Below, in pieces: positions 15,300-28,075 of a stretch of 64,000 nt of DNA. Under the pieces are notes generated by a model. The model saw only the letters and a program-made list of their open reading frames with translations, made no database searches and was not told where the DNA came from. This stretch comes from Eledone cirrhosa (lineage: Eukaryota). The stretch spans positions 138,632,001 to 138,696,000 of the forward strand of contig OZ024741.1 of NCBI GenBank assembly GCA_964016885.1, written 5' to 3'. Position 1 is the first letter of the stretch. Every line of letters begins with the position of its first letter. The position numbers were made by a program, and so were the translations under genes.

Positions 15300-15812
15300 T
15301 TTATTTACTAAAAATAATTGTTTCTACTTGTTGGTACAAGGCCAGCAATTATCCCAGTGTATTACTGGTACTTTATTTTATCGACCCCGTAAGGATGAAA
15401 GGCAAAGTTAACCTCGGCGGAATTTGAAATCAGAAGGTAAAGGGCCATAACGCTATGCTGAAAAGCATGGTGTCTGACGCTCTACCGATACTGCCAATTC
15501 ACTGCCCTTTGTATGCTAAAAATCATTGTGTTTACTTTTGGCACAAGGCCGGCGATTATGTCAGTGCATTACTGGTGTTTTATTTTATCGACCTCCTAAC
15601 GATGAAAGGCTAAGTTAACCTTGGTGGGATTTGAACTCAGAAAGTAAAGGGCCATAACTCCATTTGTACACGAACACTAATTGTCTCTACTTTTGGTACA
15701 ATGCCAGCAATTACCCAGTGCATTACTGGTACTTTAATTTTCAACTCCGTAAGGTTGAAAGACAAAGTTAATCTCAGCGGGATTTGAACCCTGACGATAA
15801 AGGGCCGTAACT
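15300..15812 (-). mobile_element. Three head-to-tail copies of the tRNA-derived SINE
   Basis: Three repeats of AATTGTTTCTACTT..GGCACAAGGCCAGCAATTA..CATTACTGGTACTTT..TATCGACCCC..GGATGAAAGGCAAAGTTAACCTCGGCGG. Confidence 0.85.
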
Positions 15813-15972
15813 GAGTAGCCCAATTTGCATATCGAGTGTACGTGTACCTACTTATATTTAAGTAACAGCCGTACTAAGAGTGGGAAATGAAATTTCATTT
15901 TATTTTTTCCGTTTATCCTTTTCGGTGCACCCGGCCGGTTAACCCACTCGATATGCAAATTGGGCTACTCAG
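15811..15972. repeat. Perfect 28-bp inverted repeat
   Basis: CTGAGTAGCCCAATTTGCATATCGAGTG (15811-15838) vs CACTCGATATGCAAATTGGGCTACTCAG (15945-15972). Confidence 0.9.
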
Positions 15973-16271
15973 CCGTTAATATGCATAAGGTAAGTATATA
16001 CGTTCAACAATCTGGCAGGAAGGTATACGTTGCTGACGATAGCTAATACGCTTGACACTAGTACAGCGTTCCTTTGTCAGTGTTGAACAAACGAGCATCG
16101 ATGGTTGCGAGGCACTACGGCTTAATACGGGATGTTTGTTTACAAACACACCGAGCATTATAATAAATGTTCGGTGAATCCATACGTACATATATATATG
16201 TGTGCATGTATGTATATATATATATATACATACTACTGTACGTCTGTATACATATGTGTATGTACGTGTAC

Positions 16272-16563
16272 CTACTTATATTTATGTTTATAAAACCATA
16301 TTTATTCTATTATATATATTTCAAGGGTCCCAAAACTTTGGTACGCGCTCATTAGATAAAATACAAAGTTTGTTTTATAAATATTGACATATCCAGGAAC
16401 GATATCTTAACAGTTTAAGTTTTACCCGCATAGGTAAATCTTGAACTGTTACGATCTCGTTCCTGGATATGTCAATGTTTATAAAACAAACTTTGTATTT
16501 TATCTGATGAGGGTGTACCAAAGTTTTGGTTTCATAAATTTAGTTTACATTTATTAATATCAT

Positions 16564-16567
<4 letters not shown>
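16272..16567. mobile_element. Inverted pair of Hydra-type PLE pLTRs forming a ~200-bp hairpin (16330-16529)
   Basis: Arms are near-complementary; ends match the pLTR end at 26514-26620 and 4510-4590; hammerhead with CTAATGA core on minus 16303-16363. Confidence 0.75.
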
Positions 16568-16612
<45 letters not shown>

Positions 16613-16642
16613 GACCAAAAGATGGTTAAAAGAGTTCCAAGT

Positions 16643-16711
16643 ATTTTATTATGCGCATTTCAAAAACAAATATCATCATGGGATGATATTTGCATTCTCA
16701 TCAGATAAAAT
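16643..16711 (-). ncRNA. Type I hammerhead ribozyme, intact core
   Basis: ATTTTAT-CTGATGA-GAATGCAAATATCATC(CCAT)GATGATATTTGTTTTT-GAAA-TGCGCA-TA-ATAAAAT; perfect stem I and palindromic stem III. Confidence 0.88.
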
Positions 16712-17689
16712 AAGGAGAAATGATATGAAGCTTAAAAAACACTTGCGAGCAGTGACGGTTAAATCAACATATGAAAAGTAAAGTAATATAGATTTGGAAA
16801 AAAAGGAGGGGGTATAGGAAAAGGTAAGGAAGAGGAAGAAAGAAAATAAAGGATGGCGGGGGAGGAGTATAAGAAGGAAGGATGAGAGAGGAGGAGAAAT
16901 GAGTGATAGAGAGAGAGAAATAGCCTTTACAACCGAGAAAACATTGTCTCACAGAGAGAAATTAAAAAACCGTTGAAAGATAATAGATCATTTAAAAATA
17001 TTTTGAAATTAAAAGTTAATGAGGTTTATGAATGGTGATGTTTATGATTAAAGAAAAAGGAATTAAGAAAAGTATTTATTTAAGGTTTATATATTGAAGG
17101 GTTTAATAATATGTGCGAAAAAAAAGAATTTATTAATATGTATTATTAAAATAAAAATATTTAGGATATTAAAGATATAATGTGAAAGAACGAGAGAGAA
17201 TGAATTATGAACTTAGAGGAATTAGTTAGGGTTTAAGTTTGTTTTTATGTATTGTAATATGTAATAGGTTTAATACGAGCACGGAAGGAGAGAAGAAAGA
17301 AGAACATTTAAGGTAGAAAAATATATAACGTCAAAAAGTATATATGTTTACAAAATGTACTAATGGTAATATTATTATATATTAAAAAAATATAGTTTGT
17401 ATGGCCAAGAATATAAGGAAAAATGGAAAATGCTATAGTGAGTAATAATATGAATTAAGAAGTAATTGAGAAGTAAAAGTTACAGATTAAAGATTAGAAA
17501 TTAAAAAAGAAAAAAAAGTAAGAAAGGAAAAAGGATAAAAAGAAGGAAGATAGGAACCGCTAATGACATAGAATGAGTAAATGAGTAAATTCTATAATAT
17601 AATATACTGAAATAAGGTAGAAAGATGGCTATATTTGTAAAAGATATAAAAGCATTTGAGAAAAGAAGATTTTAAACTAATTAGGTATT

Positions 17690-18640
17690 GAGATATTAGC
17701 TGTATACTTTATCGAAAGTTCTATGGGATTTATGCAAGCAGAGCGAAAATAAATCCGTACGTCTATTTATTATAGAATTAAAATTAGATATAATGGTAAA
17801 TTTCTCGGCTAGTCAGAGATTACATGTTCTGGATGGGGAAGTATTCCGATAAGGAAAGGCGTTGCAAACTTTCCTCCAAGAGATGTTTTAGTTAATATTT
17901 TTGTCTTTTAAGGATCATATGAGTTCCGAGGGTGCCGTGTTAGTTCTTTTAAGTTGGTATTTAAAAGACGAATTGTGATTATAAAATGTTGCTTTAAAGG
18001 AAGAGGAGATGGAACTGAAATAGGTAAAAGAATTAGTACCAGTTATAACCTTACATTCATACACTAAGTTTTTATCAAAACATTGGTTATTAAGAGGACA
18101 TTTTGTTCTAACAGGACAATTACAATTACGATTAGAGAAATTAACAGAGTTATTTACAAGTGACCTAGTATTACCAGTAATGTACTGGGTAATTTCTGGC
18201 CTTGTGCCAATAGTAGAAACAATTATTTAGAGAAGGAATTGGATTGTATAAGTTATTTACGATAGGAACTATAGTTTCCTGATTTAGATTGGTGTTATGA
18301 ACATTCAACGAAGTTACGTTTGACGTCGTATTTAAATTTACTGTATCTAGCCTAGAGTTAACATTGACGTCGGGTTTACTCTTGCTATTATTATGACGCT
18401 CAGTGTTGGATGGATATAATTTATTATTTAATATTTTATTATTTTGTTTAGAGATAATGTTAGAGATATTGGAAGTGGTGGAATAAGAGAATTTGATTGT
18501 ATGTTTGTTAAATATCTTACTATAGATATGCGAGGGAGGGAAGCAATTATCTAAGGCCCTAAAGAATAGTTTAGGAATATTACTATTAATAGATAGAGGA
18601 AAAGGAGCATTATACCAAATCATATTTTTGTATCTAGGTC
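17690..18640 (-). pseudogene. Hydra-type PLE thumb/linker/GIY-YIG remnant
   Basis: Homologous to 24540-25139 and 55600-56470; stops and a nested SINE fragment. Confidence 0.8.
18169..18227 (+). mobile_element. 5'-truncated SINE fragment nested in the PLE
   Basis: TACCAGTAATGTACTGGGTAATTTCTGGCCTTGTGCCAATAGTAGAAACAATTATT; absent from the homologous position of the 55.9-56.0 kb copy. Confidence 0.8.
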
Positions 18641-18787
18641 TTTTATTTGAAATGCGCATAATAAAATACTTGGAACTCTTTTCACCATATGTTGATCTTA
18701 TATTATTTATAATCCCGTCCTATAAACTGTGGAGTGCTACTTATCCGATATTTGCATTGCTTTATTGTGCTACAATAAAACTCACCT

Positions 18788-18971
<184 letters not shown>

Positions 18972-19254
18972 TTTGATGGTCTTTATTCTCTCGTTCACGA
19001 TTCCACCGAATTTATATTCATAGAAATCTGGGACTTCCTCTCTTTCTGCTGCTTAAGCCATTTTGTTTGTTTACCCTAGCGTCCCCTTTATTTACGTATC
19101 CCAACGATTTTTTTTTATCCGTTGCTCGCACCAACCTGAGGTATATGGCCTTTAATGGGACGAAATGCCTACGACGGTTGGATGGCCACTGATGAGGACA
19201 AACTTTTTCATATGTAACCCATTTGCAGTGCCGCAGCTCCATTATTATCATATT

Positions 19255-19369
<115 letters not shown>

Positions 19370-19441
19370 GAGGGAGTAAACTCTGTGAGTGAACACCGTT
19401 AATTTTCTCCCTCATATCAAGGATTTGAAGACAATTCATTT

Positions 19442-19516
19442 TCACCTGACGAGATCAGTGATAATCGATCATGGCTACACGATCGATCTATTTCTTACTG
19501 CAACATGTGTCGTGAT
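19442..19516 (+). ncRNA. Degenerate hammerhead motif
   Basis: TCAC-CTGACGA-long stem (ATCGATC..GATCGAT)-GCAA(for GAAA)-CATGTG-TC-GTGA. Confidence 0.45.
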
Positions 19517-19844
19517 TAAAATGATTGGTAATTTATACCATGCCTTCGAATCTTTATTTTGATGCACATACTCCGTTTTACATCATCTAGCTGTTCCCAT
19601 ATATGTAATTGGAGATATACAAATCGTGGAGAACTTAATATTGGTAACAAATCTTTTATTGGAGGGTTTGACACAACCAATAATACACCTTACTATATAT
19701 ATATATAGTAATAATAATAAACTTGAAGACTAAAATCCAAGCAGCGATTCTTTGCTTAAACTTTAAACTGTTATTTTAATAAATATATATATATATATAT
19801 AAATTACTTATACACATATATATATATATACCTACTTATACACA

Positions 19845-19962
<118 letters not shown>

Positions 19963-20894
19963 CACAGACACATACAAATGTACAGACACGTAAATATACT
20001 TGTATATATACATAATCACGCACACACAATGTATCTACATACACTACCAGGATATACACATAATAGTATACATACACATACATGCATATATAGATATATA
20101 TATATATACACACACACATGCAAGTACATACACACACACACACCCATACATATATATCTATATATATATGTGTGTGTGTACATACATATATATATATTTA
20201 TGTGTGTCTGTGTGAACATATATATAGACAGACAAAATCACTTATACACTCATACACGCAGAGAAGTGTATATACACACACATACACATATACATATATT
20301 CGCATGCATACAGACGGAAACGAGGACGCAAAAATGGATCTACGCGCAAAACAAGGAAAGAACATGAATAAAGTAATTATGTATATATCATCATCATCCA
20401 AACACAATATATGAACAGGCATTCTTCAACCCTTGATACTCAATTGTGTATTTCATTCGTAACTTTTAATATTTGATGAGATAGATAACATCGACATCGG
20501 TAATATTTTTCTTATATTTTATAAAAACCCTTTAAATAAAATAATTTTCTCTTGTTTTTAATAATCACTTTATCGGATTAAAGAAGAAAAACTTTCTTTA
20601 AATATACTTCTGTGCAGTATCCATTCTTACCTTTTTAGCAGATTATATTTACACCTTTTTCTTCTAACGAACATGATCCTGTAGAAGAAATTGAAGGCTT
20701 ACAGGTTTACTAGTAAAATAATCGGTCAAAACTTTCTTCACTAGAACGCCTGGAATTTTCGGTTTCTAATGTCTAGAATGACGGAGAGAGAGATCTCGTT
20801 ATACATGTATAAATGATTCTGGAGTGGCATATTCCAAACAAGGAATTATAATGCATGAAGTGGAAATTGTGGCCTTATTTCATACACACACACA

Positions 20895-20971
<77 letters not shown>

Positions 20972-21053
20972 ATATATATATTCGAATGATTTGTGATTGC
21001 ATCAAACAACTCGAGTATCACCTACTATAAAGTGGCTACAATTCGATTCACAC

Positions 21054-21110
<57 letters not shown>

Positions 21111-21740
21111 ATGTGTGTGTGTATGTGTGTGTGTTTGTGAGTAGTCTTTTCTTTTTAAATGTTTTAAGTATCTGCTCCTTTGCCTGCTTCTCATAAGGTT
21201 GAAGTGATAATGTAAAGTGTATAAAAGTAATGATATAAGAAGTGCTAGTAGGTGAGTTTTACATCTTGACCTCCCGTTTATTACTTCTATTATGACACGT
21301 ATATATCCTTTAAATTGTCTGTGTTTTTAGAAAAATGGTTTTCCTTAAACATCAGACGTTACTTCCACACATATACTGTCGCCATATAGATATCTTCCAT
21401 TTAAAAAGGAAAATTGAGAGGGGAAAAAAAATCTATAATATTATGTATATACTTTGAAACTTTTTATAGGAGTGTTTTTATTCTTTTGGCAATTTTGTAT
21501 CTATTTAATGGCAAATTCGGCAGAAAATCTTCTTTAGTCTGATCTCTTCAAATCTACAATTGTTCACTTCGAAATATATTTTGAGTTAAATAAGTTTAGG
21601 AGAATCAAATAAAAACTATCAGTCTACGAAATGGACATTTTTTTTCTGTTATATAACGCATATTCCAAATACATTTATGCACTCTCTTACTCCCTCACAT
21701 TCTCTCTGTCTCTCTCTCTCTCGCTCTCTCTCTCTCTCTG

Positions 21741-21817
<77 letters not shown>

Positions 21818-22152
21818 ATGTGTGTATGTGTGAGTGTGTATTGTGTGTGTGAGCATGTGTATTTTTCCTGCCACTGTACACGCCAAATGAATTATGAGTC
21901 TTATAGTAAACTTTATTTAATTTCAGGCTTACGTCACCCAAAGTAAACTTAAGTGAATCTTCGAGTCTCATCTTCAAATATCAGCCATCAACGTGCTATA
22001 GTTTACATTCATTTACATGAATTTGAATATTTGTTCCTTATTTTCTGTCTTAATTATGAAATATATATCTATTTAATTACCACGAAATGTTTCTACTATC
22101 TCTCTCTCCTTATCTTTCTCTCTCTGTATCTCTCTCTCTCTCTCTTTCTCTC

Positions 22153-22786
<634 letters not shown>

Positions 22787-22864
22787 GCACACATATAAAA
22801 ATATATGTTTATATGTCTGTGTGTATGTGTGTGTGTGTGTGTGCGCGTGTTTGTATATATATAT

Positions 22865-22942
<78 letters not shown>

Positions 22943-22960
22943 TTATATATATATATATAT

Positions 22961-23001
<41 letters not shown>

Positions 23002-23025
23002 CACACACACACACACACACACACA

Positions 23026-23069
<44 letters not shown>

Positions 23070-23071
23070 AA

Positions 23072-23549
23072 TATGATGGCTGCAAACTCTGCTAAGAATT
23101 TGGTGCACTTTTAGGCTACGGCCAGCCACACGAACCAGTAACATAACCTGAACAAGCAATGCCTGTGCTTTGAAAGTTTTTTAAGTGGGGGAAGGCCTTG
23201 CACTCGGCTAATCCCAATCTCTGAGCATAAAAAGCACTACCCGAACAGGAGAACTAGTCTACATCAGTGAATGCTTCCGAGGCCGCAGGTTTTTTTTCCA
23301 GAGTTACCCTCTCCCAGAGAGGTATCACCAGAACAACTGCGGGCCTTCCACTCACAGATGGGGGAAAAGAAAGTACTATTTGGATGGTCATTGACACTGT
23401 TGAGTTCCTCCGCCAATTGCCGTCTCCTGTATTTCAACCCGCAGGGTGTCCAAATATCACCCTCCTCACCAAGCAAGCTTGGTGGGTTTGTCGACCATGA
23501 CACTGGTTGTACTACGTTACACGTTACCAGTAGAAGTCAAGAGCGACCT

Positions 23550-23553
<4 letters not shown>
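23072..23553 (-). mobile_element. Bipartite non-autonomous RTE-type element (5' UTR joined to 3' end)
   Basis: Starts TGTCAGGTC.. and ends GAGTTTGCAGCCATCA-(TA); homologous at both ends to 23867-24468. Confidence 0.65.
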
Positions 23554-23600
<47 letters not shown>

Positions 23601-23815
23601 AAAAGGTATGACCCCGACGGCAGAGCTCAAGCCGTTTAGACAGCTATTTCTGGACTAAATAAGAATCTTTAGCCTGGTGAATTTCCCACTCTACTACTCT
23701 AAGTATTGAGTACTCTGGTGCGTTATGGTCTATCTGGTTCCTTCCCACAATTCCTTTTTTATATAAATATATATATATATATATTGTTGTAACCCAACAA
23801 TTTAAATATAACTCT

Positions 23816-23866
<51 letters not shown>

Positions 23867-23868
<2 letters not shown>

Positions 23869-24468
23869 GTCAGGTCACCAGTTGGTGCTACTGGTAACAT
23901 GTATTCCAGTACAACCTGTCTCATGGTCGGGTCGTTGGCGACTAAACTGGCAACCCCACCAAGGTTTCTTGGTGAGGAGGGTGACTTTGGACATCCTGCA
24001 GGACTAAAAACAAAACCTGTCAAAGGAGCTCTTAAGAGCCAATGGCCATCCAAAATCACCGGGAGAGATGACCCCTTAGCCTTTGTCAGGGCAGAATTCT
24101 AGGAGAAGGAAAACTCTGATATAACACCTGCAGCCCTGATGGTATCCAATGATGTTGACTTGTTCTTCTTTTTGGTAAATATCTTCTTGGTTAAGAGAGT
24201 GGGACTGGCTTTGTGCAGTGCCTTTGCTCACTATAAAAGCTTCACGGCACAGGCATTGCTTTATATCTGGAGATCTCTCTGCACTTGTCGTCACATGGTA
24301 CCATGGGCCCAGCACTATGTGTCAGTAATTGTCACAAGTGTAGTGTTTGTACCAGAGTTTTCAAGTCGCTGGCTGGACTAAAAAGTCACACTCGTTCAGC
24401 GCATCGGTAGGGGTTCTCCTACATGTCTATAAAGTAGTGGCCGTACTCGAAAACGAGTTGGCAGCCAC
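23867..24468 (+). mobile_element. Bipartite non-autonomous RTE-type element inserted in (TA)n
   Basis: RTE-like 5' UTR (CTAGGAGAAGGAAAACTCTGA), terminal C2H2 motif CSVCTRVFKSLAGLKSHTRSAHR* (24330-24410), 3' stem-loop CTCG-AAAA-CGAG then (TA)n. Confidence 0.7.
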
Positions 24469-24539
24469 CATATATATATATATATATGGAGAGTTATATT
24501 TAAATTGTTGGGTTACAACTAGTAAATATTTATAACTGA

Positions 24540-25139
24540 TATAAAAGCACAACTGATATAAAAACACATAGGTATCACTCAATTTTCAATAGACATACAA
24601 TAAAATTAACCTACTCATCCACCAACAATTTAGCACAAAATATTAATATAATAAATAATAGGAACTTAAAACCTAGTGATAATAGCATAAATAATATACA
24701 AGTTAACAAATGTAACTGTAGAGATAGATCTAAATGTCCGTTAAATAACAACTGCTTAGTTAAAAATATAGTATACAATTGTAATGTTAATACTGACTCT
24801 AATTCTTTTAACTACGTCGGTTCCACATCGACGGAATTTAAACTTCGCTATAATAACCACAAGAATTCTTTCACAGATCCAAGCAAAACATCTTCAACGG
24901 CACTATCAGGCGTACTCTGGCAACTTAAGCTAGATAACGTTAGATATTCGACGGCTTGGAATATAGTCTCAAGAGGGATTCCTTTTAATTCATCCTCTGA
25001 GACATGTGACCTCTGCGCAGAGGAGATATTCTTTATACTAAAATCTAAAAATTCCCTTAATCTACGGACAAATTTATTCAGTTGCTGCAAACATAGATTA
25101 AACTCAACGTTTAAATATAAATTTAAATTTAAAATGTAG
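24540..25139 (+). pseudogene. Uninterrupted, start-less PLE linker + GIY-YIG endonuclease frame
   Basis: HSIFNRHTIKLTYS..KCNCRDRSKCPLNNNCLVKNIVYNCNV..NYVGSTSTEFKLRYNNHK..TALS..LWQLK..W..CDLCAEE..LNLR..CCKHR; no internal stop. Confidence 0.88.
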
Positions 25140-26513
25140 TATATTTAGTTTGATTTATAATTATATGGGAAACTAGCCGATAAATCTTTGATTTCTTCTT
25201 TTTATTCTTTTTATTTTTATTTTTATTTTTATTTAAACATTCTTCATGAAAAATTAAGCTACCCTAAAAGTTGATGCTCCAAATATTTCGAATAAACCTT
25301 ACACTAGATAAACTTCTATATTAAATATAAGAACACATGTAGACCAAATGGGCATCCTAAACTTTTTGAAATGATCTTTGCTAGATGCGATTTGATAGAT
25401 AATTTTTGGCTTTATCTGTTTTTCGACTCTGATGCTTATAATGAACTTGGCAATATATTGTCAATTAATTTTGAAGGGTTGATCTTTGTGGTTTATTTTT
25501 ATTTTTATTATTTTATTATTGTAGTATTTCTAATATTTTTATTTTTAATATTTTTAATATGTAATATTTTTAATATGTAATATTCTTTCGTAATATTCTT
25601 TAGTTTTCTATTTTATTATTACTTATTATTATTATTGTTATTTTTTAGTTTTGTTTCTGATATATATTTTTATTAGTATATTGAAATCTGCTCTCTATTT
25701 CTGCTTGATAGATAATCTTGTAGAGTAAAGACAGGAATAGTAATATTGACTCTATATATATTTGTGTGTATACACATATATGTATACTTAAATTTTTATG
25801 CCACAATGAGAATGTTTTCCGTGAACCTAGGGTTTGCAGAGTTGATCATGTAAATTCACATAGATGTTTGTAGTTATCACATAAACATATGAATTTTAAA
25901 AAAAAAACTAAACATAAGATCATTAATTTTCACACATTATGGATACATGTCTCATTCAGGAATACTGATATTTACAATATAGTGGCTGGTTTTTATACAT
26001 ACTAATACCTCTACATTAAAACATAGGGTTTTTACGCCTCGCCTATGTCTGGTTATTTTTAAATTTTTTCTCTCTCTATATTTTTTCTCTCTCTATATAA
26101 CAGCTGGTTTCTCTCCATATATCTCCCTTACATTAATACTAGAGCTAAATAAATAAATAAATAAATAAATGTATCATTGATACGTTTACTCAACAGACGT
26201 CCCACTACCTAGTTTTCTATATATATGTATCTATCTCTATTTCCTCTCTCTCTCTCTATATATATATCTCTCTCTGTTTCTTTACATGAAGTTCTTCTCT
26301 TTATCTATCTTTCCATCTCTCTATTTTGTTCCATGCATTTCTTCTTTTTCTTCTTTTTCTTCGTTTTCTGTCTTTCTTTCCTTATTTTTTTTTTTTCTCT
26401 CTCTTTCTTTCTCTCTGTGTACAATTTTTTCACTGCCAATTCAACTTTTTCAAATACAAGTCGATGTTGTTACGGTATGTTGAATCTATTTATCTATAAA
26501 ACTGTTTATATTG

Positions 26514-26579
26514 TATTTTGTCTGAGGAAGGCATAGCATATTGTTAATATGATATCCCTGAAATATATATAATGAAATA
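26514..26579 (+). ncRNA. Type I hammerhead ribozyme
   Basis: TATTTTGT-CTGAGGA-AGG..CATATT(GTT)AATATG..CCT-GAAA-TATATA-TA-ATGAAATA. Confidence 0.75.
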
Positions 26580-26653
26580 AATATGGTTTTATAAATATAG
26601 TTTCCATTTATTTAATATTGTATATATATATATATATATATAGTCCACATATA

Positions 26654-27373
26654 TATACTCCCCTCCCGGGAGTGTATATCTGTCGACTGATCCATTGTAT
26701 TTCTTTTTCCCGTCAAGCGATGGGCAACGGGCAACGAAACAACCTGAAATTCCTGGCACGTTGTGCGAAAAACCTCTGCCAGAAGAATTTGGAATACTGC
26801 AGCAAGTGTCACATTCATGGGTTTTCGAGTAGTACAAATGGTTAAAAAACGGACGGGAAGACGTGGAAGACGACCGTTGGTGCAGAAGATATTCAACGCG
26901 CAGGACCGAGACCAACGTTAGCGTGTGAGACATTTCGTCCGCTGCGATTGTCAGCTGACTGATCGACTGGTCGCAAATTAGGTGGGCATGAACTGCGACA
27001 TTGTATGGCAGATTACCATCGGAGATTTGGGCATGCGGAAGATCTGCACGAATATGGTGGCGAAGCTGCTGATGTTGTGACAGTCCATCCTTGAGTGTCG
27101 TGAAACAGACCAGACTTCCTGGAAAGAGACATCACCGCTGATGAGTCATAGATCTTCAAGTAAAACTCGTTTTCCGGAAGTGGAAGCCGCCAAGAAGGCC
27201 GTATCGACGGAACTGCGGGAGGATCCCGGGAGAATCATGGCAAGAATACATGAGGCATTGAAGCGTTAGACATGACGGAGTTTATGTCGAAAGGGAAAAC
27301 CTGTAGTTTGTAGTTTGAATTCGAAATATACTTTTGAGAACCAATCCTCTTTCATCTCTCACACAGCTCGTAT
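26654..27373 (+). mobile_element. Internally deleted mariner element remnant
   Basis: QRNNLKF, KNGREDVEDD, LGMRKIC..MVAKLL, FL..ITADES; ends CTCGTA-TA like a mariner TIR plus TA site. Confidence 0.75.
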
Positions 27374-27514
27374 ACACTTCCTCTCATCACTTTTTACTTT
27401 CTATTTATCTTCTATTTCTAACTCTGAAGGACTTGTGTCCGAAACGTTAAGAATCCCTTCCAGCTATTTCAAGCGTGAAACTAATATATCTCTTCAATGT
27501 GTATACACACACAC

Positions 27515-27545
<31 letters not shown>

Positions 27546-27571
27546 ATATATAAAGGGGAAAGACACAGAAC

Positions 27572-27929
27572 AGTGTGTTTTTCTTTACACGAATTTCAAA
27601 CCATCAGTGTGAAGAGAATATAAGCTAATAGAGGCATAGGAAAAACATTAAAATTAAAAGTATAAATTAAAATCAGAAACCAACCTCATACCTCGATCAC
27701 ACATCTTCAAACTCACCAGGAGATTGTTTCGCCATTTAAGTGGGTTCCAATTCGGCCCTGTGGCTCATCAGCATGTGTAGAGACCGATATTGTCCGCACT
27801 ACTAGAGAGAGAGAACTAAAGTAAACTACCTGAAGCCCGGATATAAGGGAAATACGTGCGCGAGGCAGTAACCAGTGGCATGAACAGAACAAGCTGCTCG
27901 GTTGAAATTCCTGTAAAGAAAAACACACT
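27572..27929 (-). mobile_element. Short element with ~28-bp inverted ends and a decayed hammerhead (probable pLTR derivative)
   Basis: AGTGTGTTTTTCTTTACACGAATTTCAA vs TTGAAATTCCTGTAAAGAAAAACACACT; minus 27713-27778 CTGATGA-GCCA..TGGC-GAAA-CAATC-TC. Confidence 0.55.
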
Positions 27930-27930
27930 C

Positions 27931-27976
<46 letters not shown>

Positions 27977-27977
<1 letters not shown>

Positions 27978-28075
27978 GGAGGTGAGTTTTATTGTAGCAC
28001 AATAAAGCAATGCAAATATCGGATAAGTAGCACTCAACAGTTTATATGACTGGAGTATAAATAATATAAAATATA
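27977..28075 (-). mobile_element. Solo Hydra-PLE pLTR tail fragment in (TA)n
   Basis: Reverse complement of 18700-18790; also matches 55152-55240. Confidence 0.75.

Larger units (their letters stand above)
24520..26620 (+). mobile_element. 5'-truncated Hydra-type PLE with long AT-rich 3' UTR and pLTR
   Basis: Open GIY-YIG frame, hammerhead at 26514, ends at (TA)n. Confidence 0.8.

Noticed and set aside
19130-19210. CTGAGG..GAAA and CTGATGAGGAC hammerhead-like pieces
   Set aside because: Stems II and III do not close consistently; too decayed to call.
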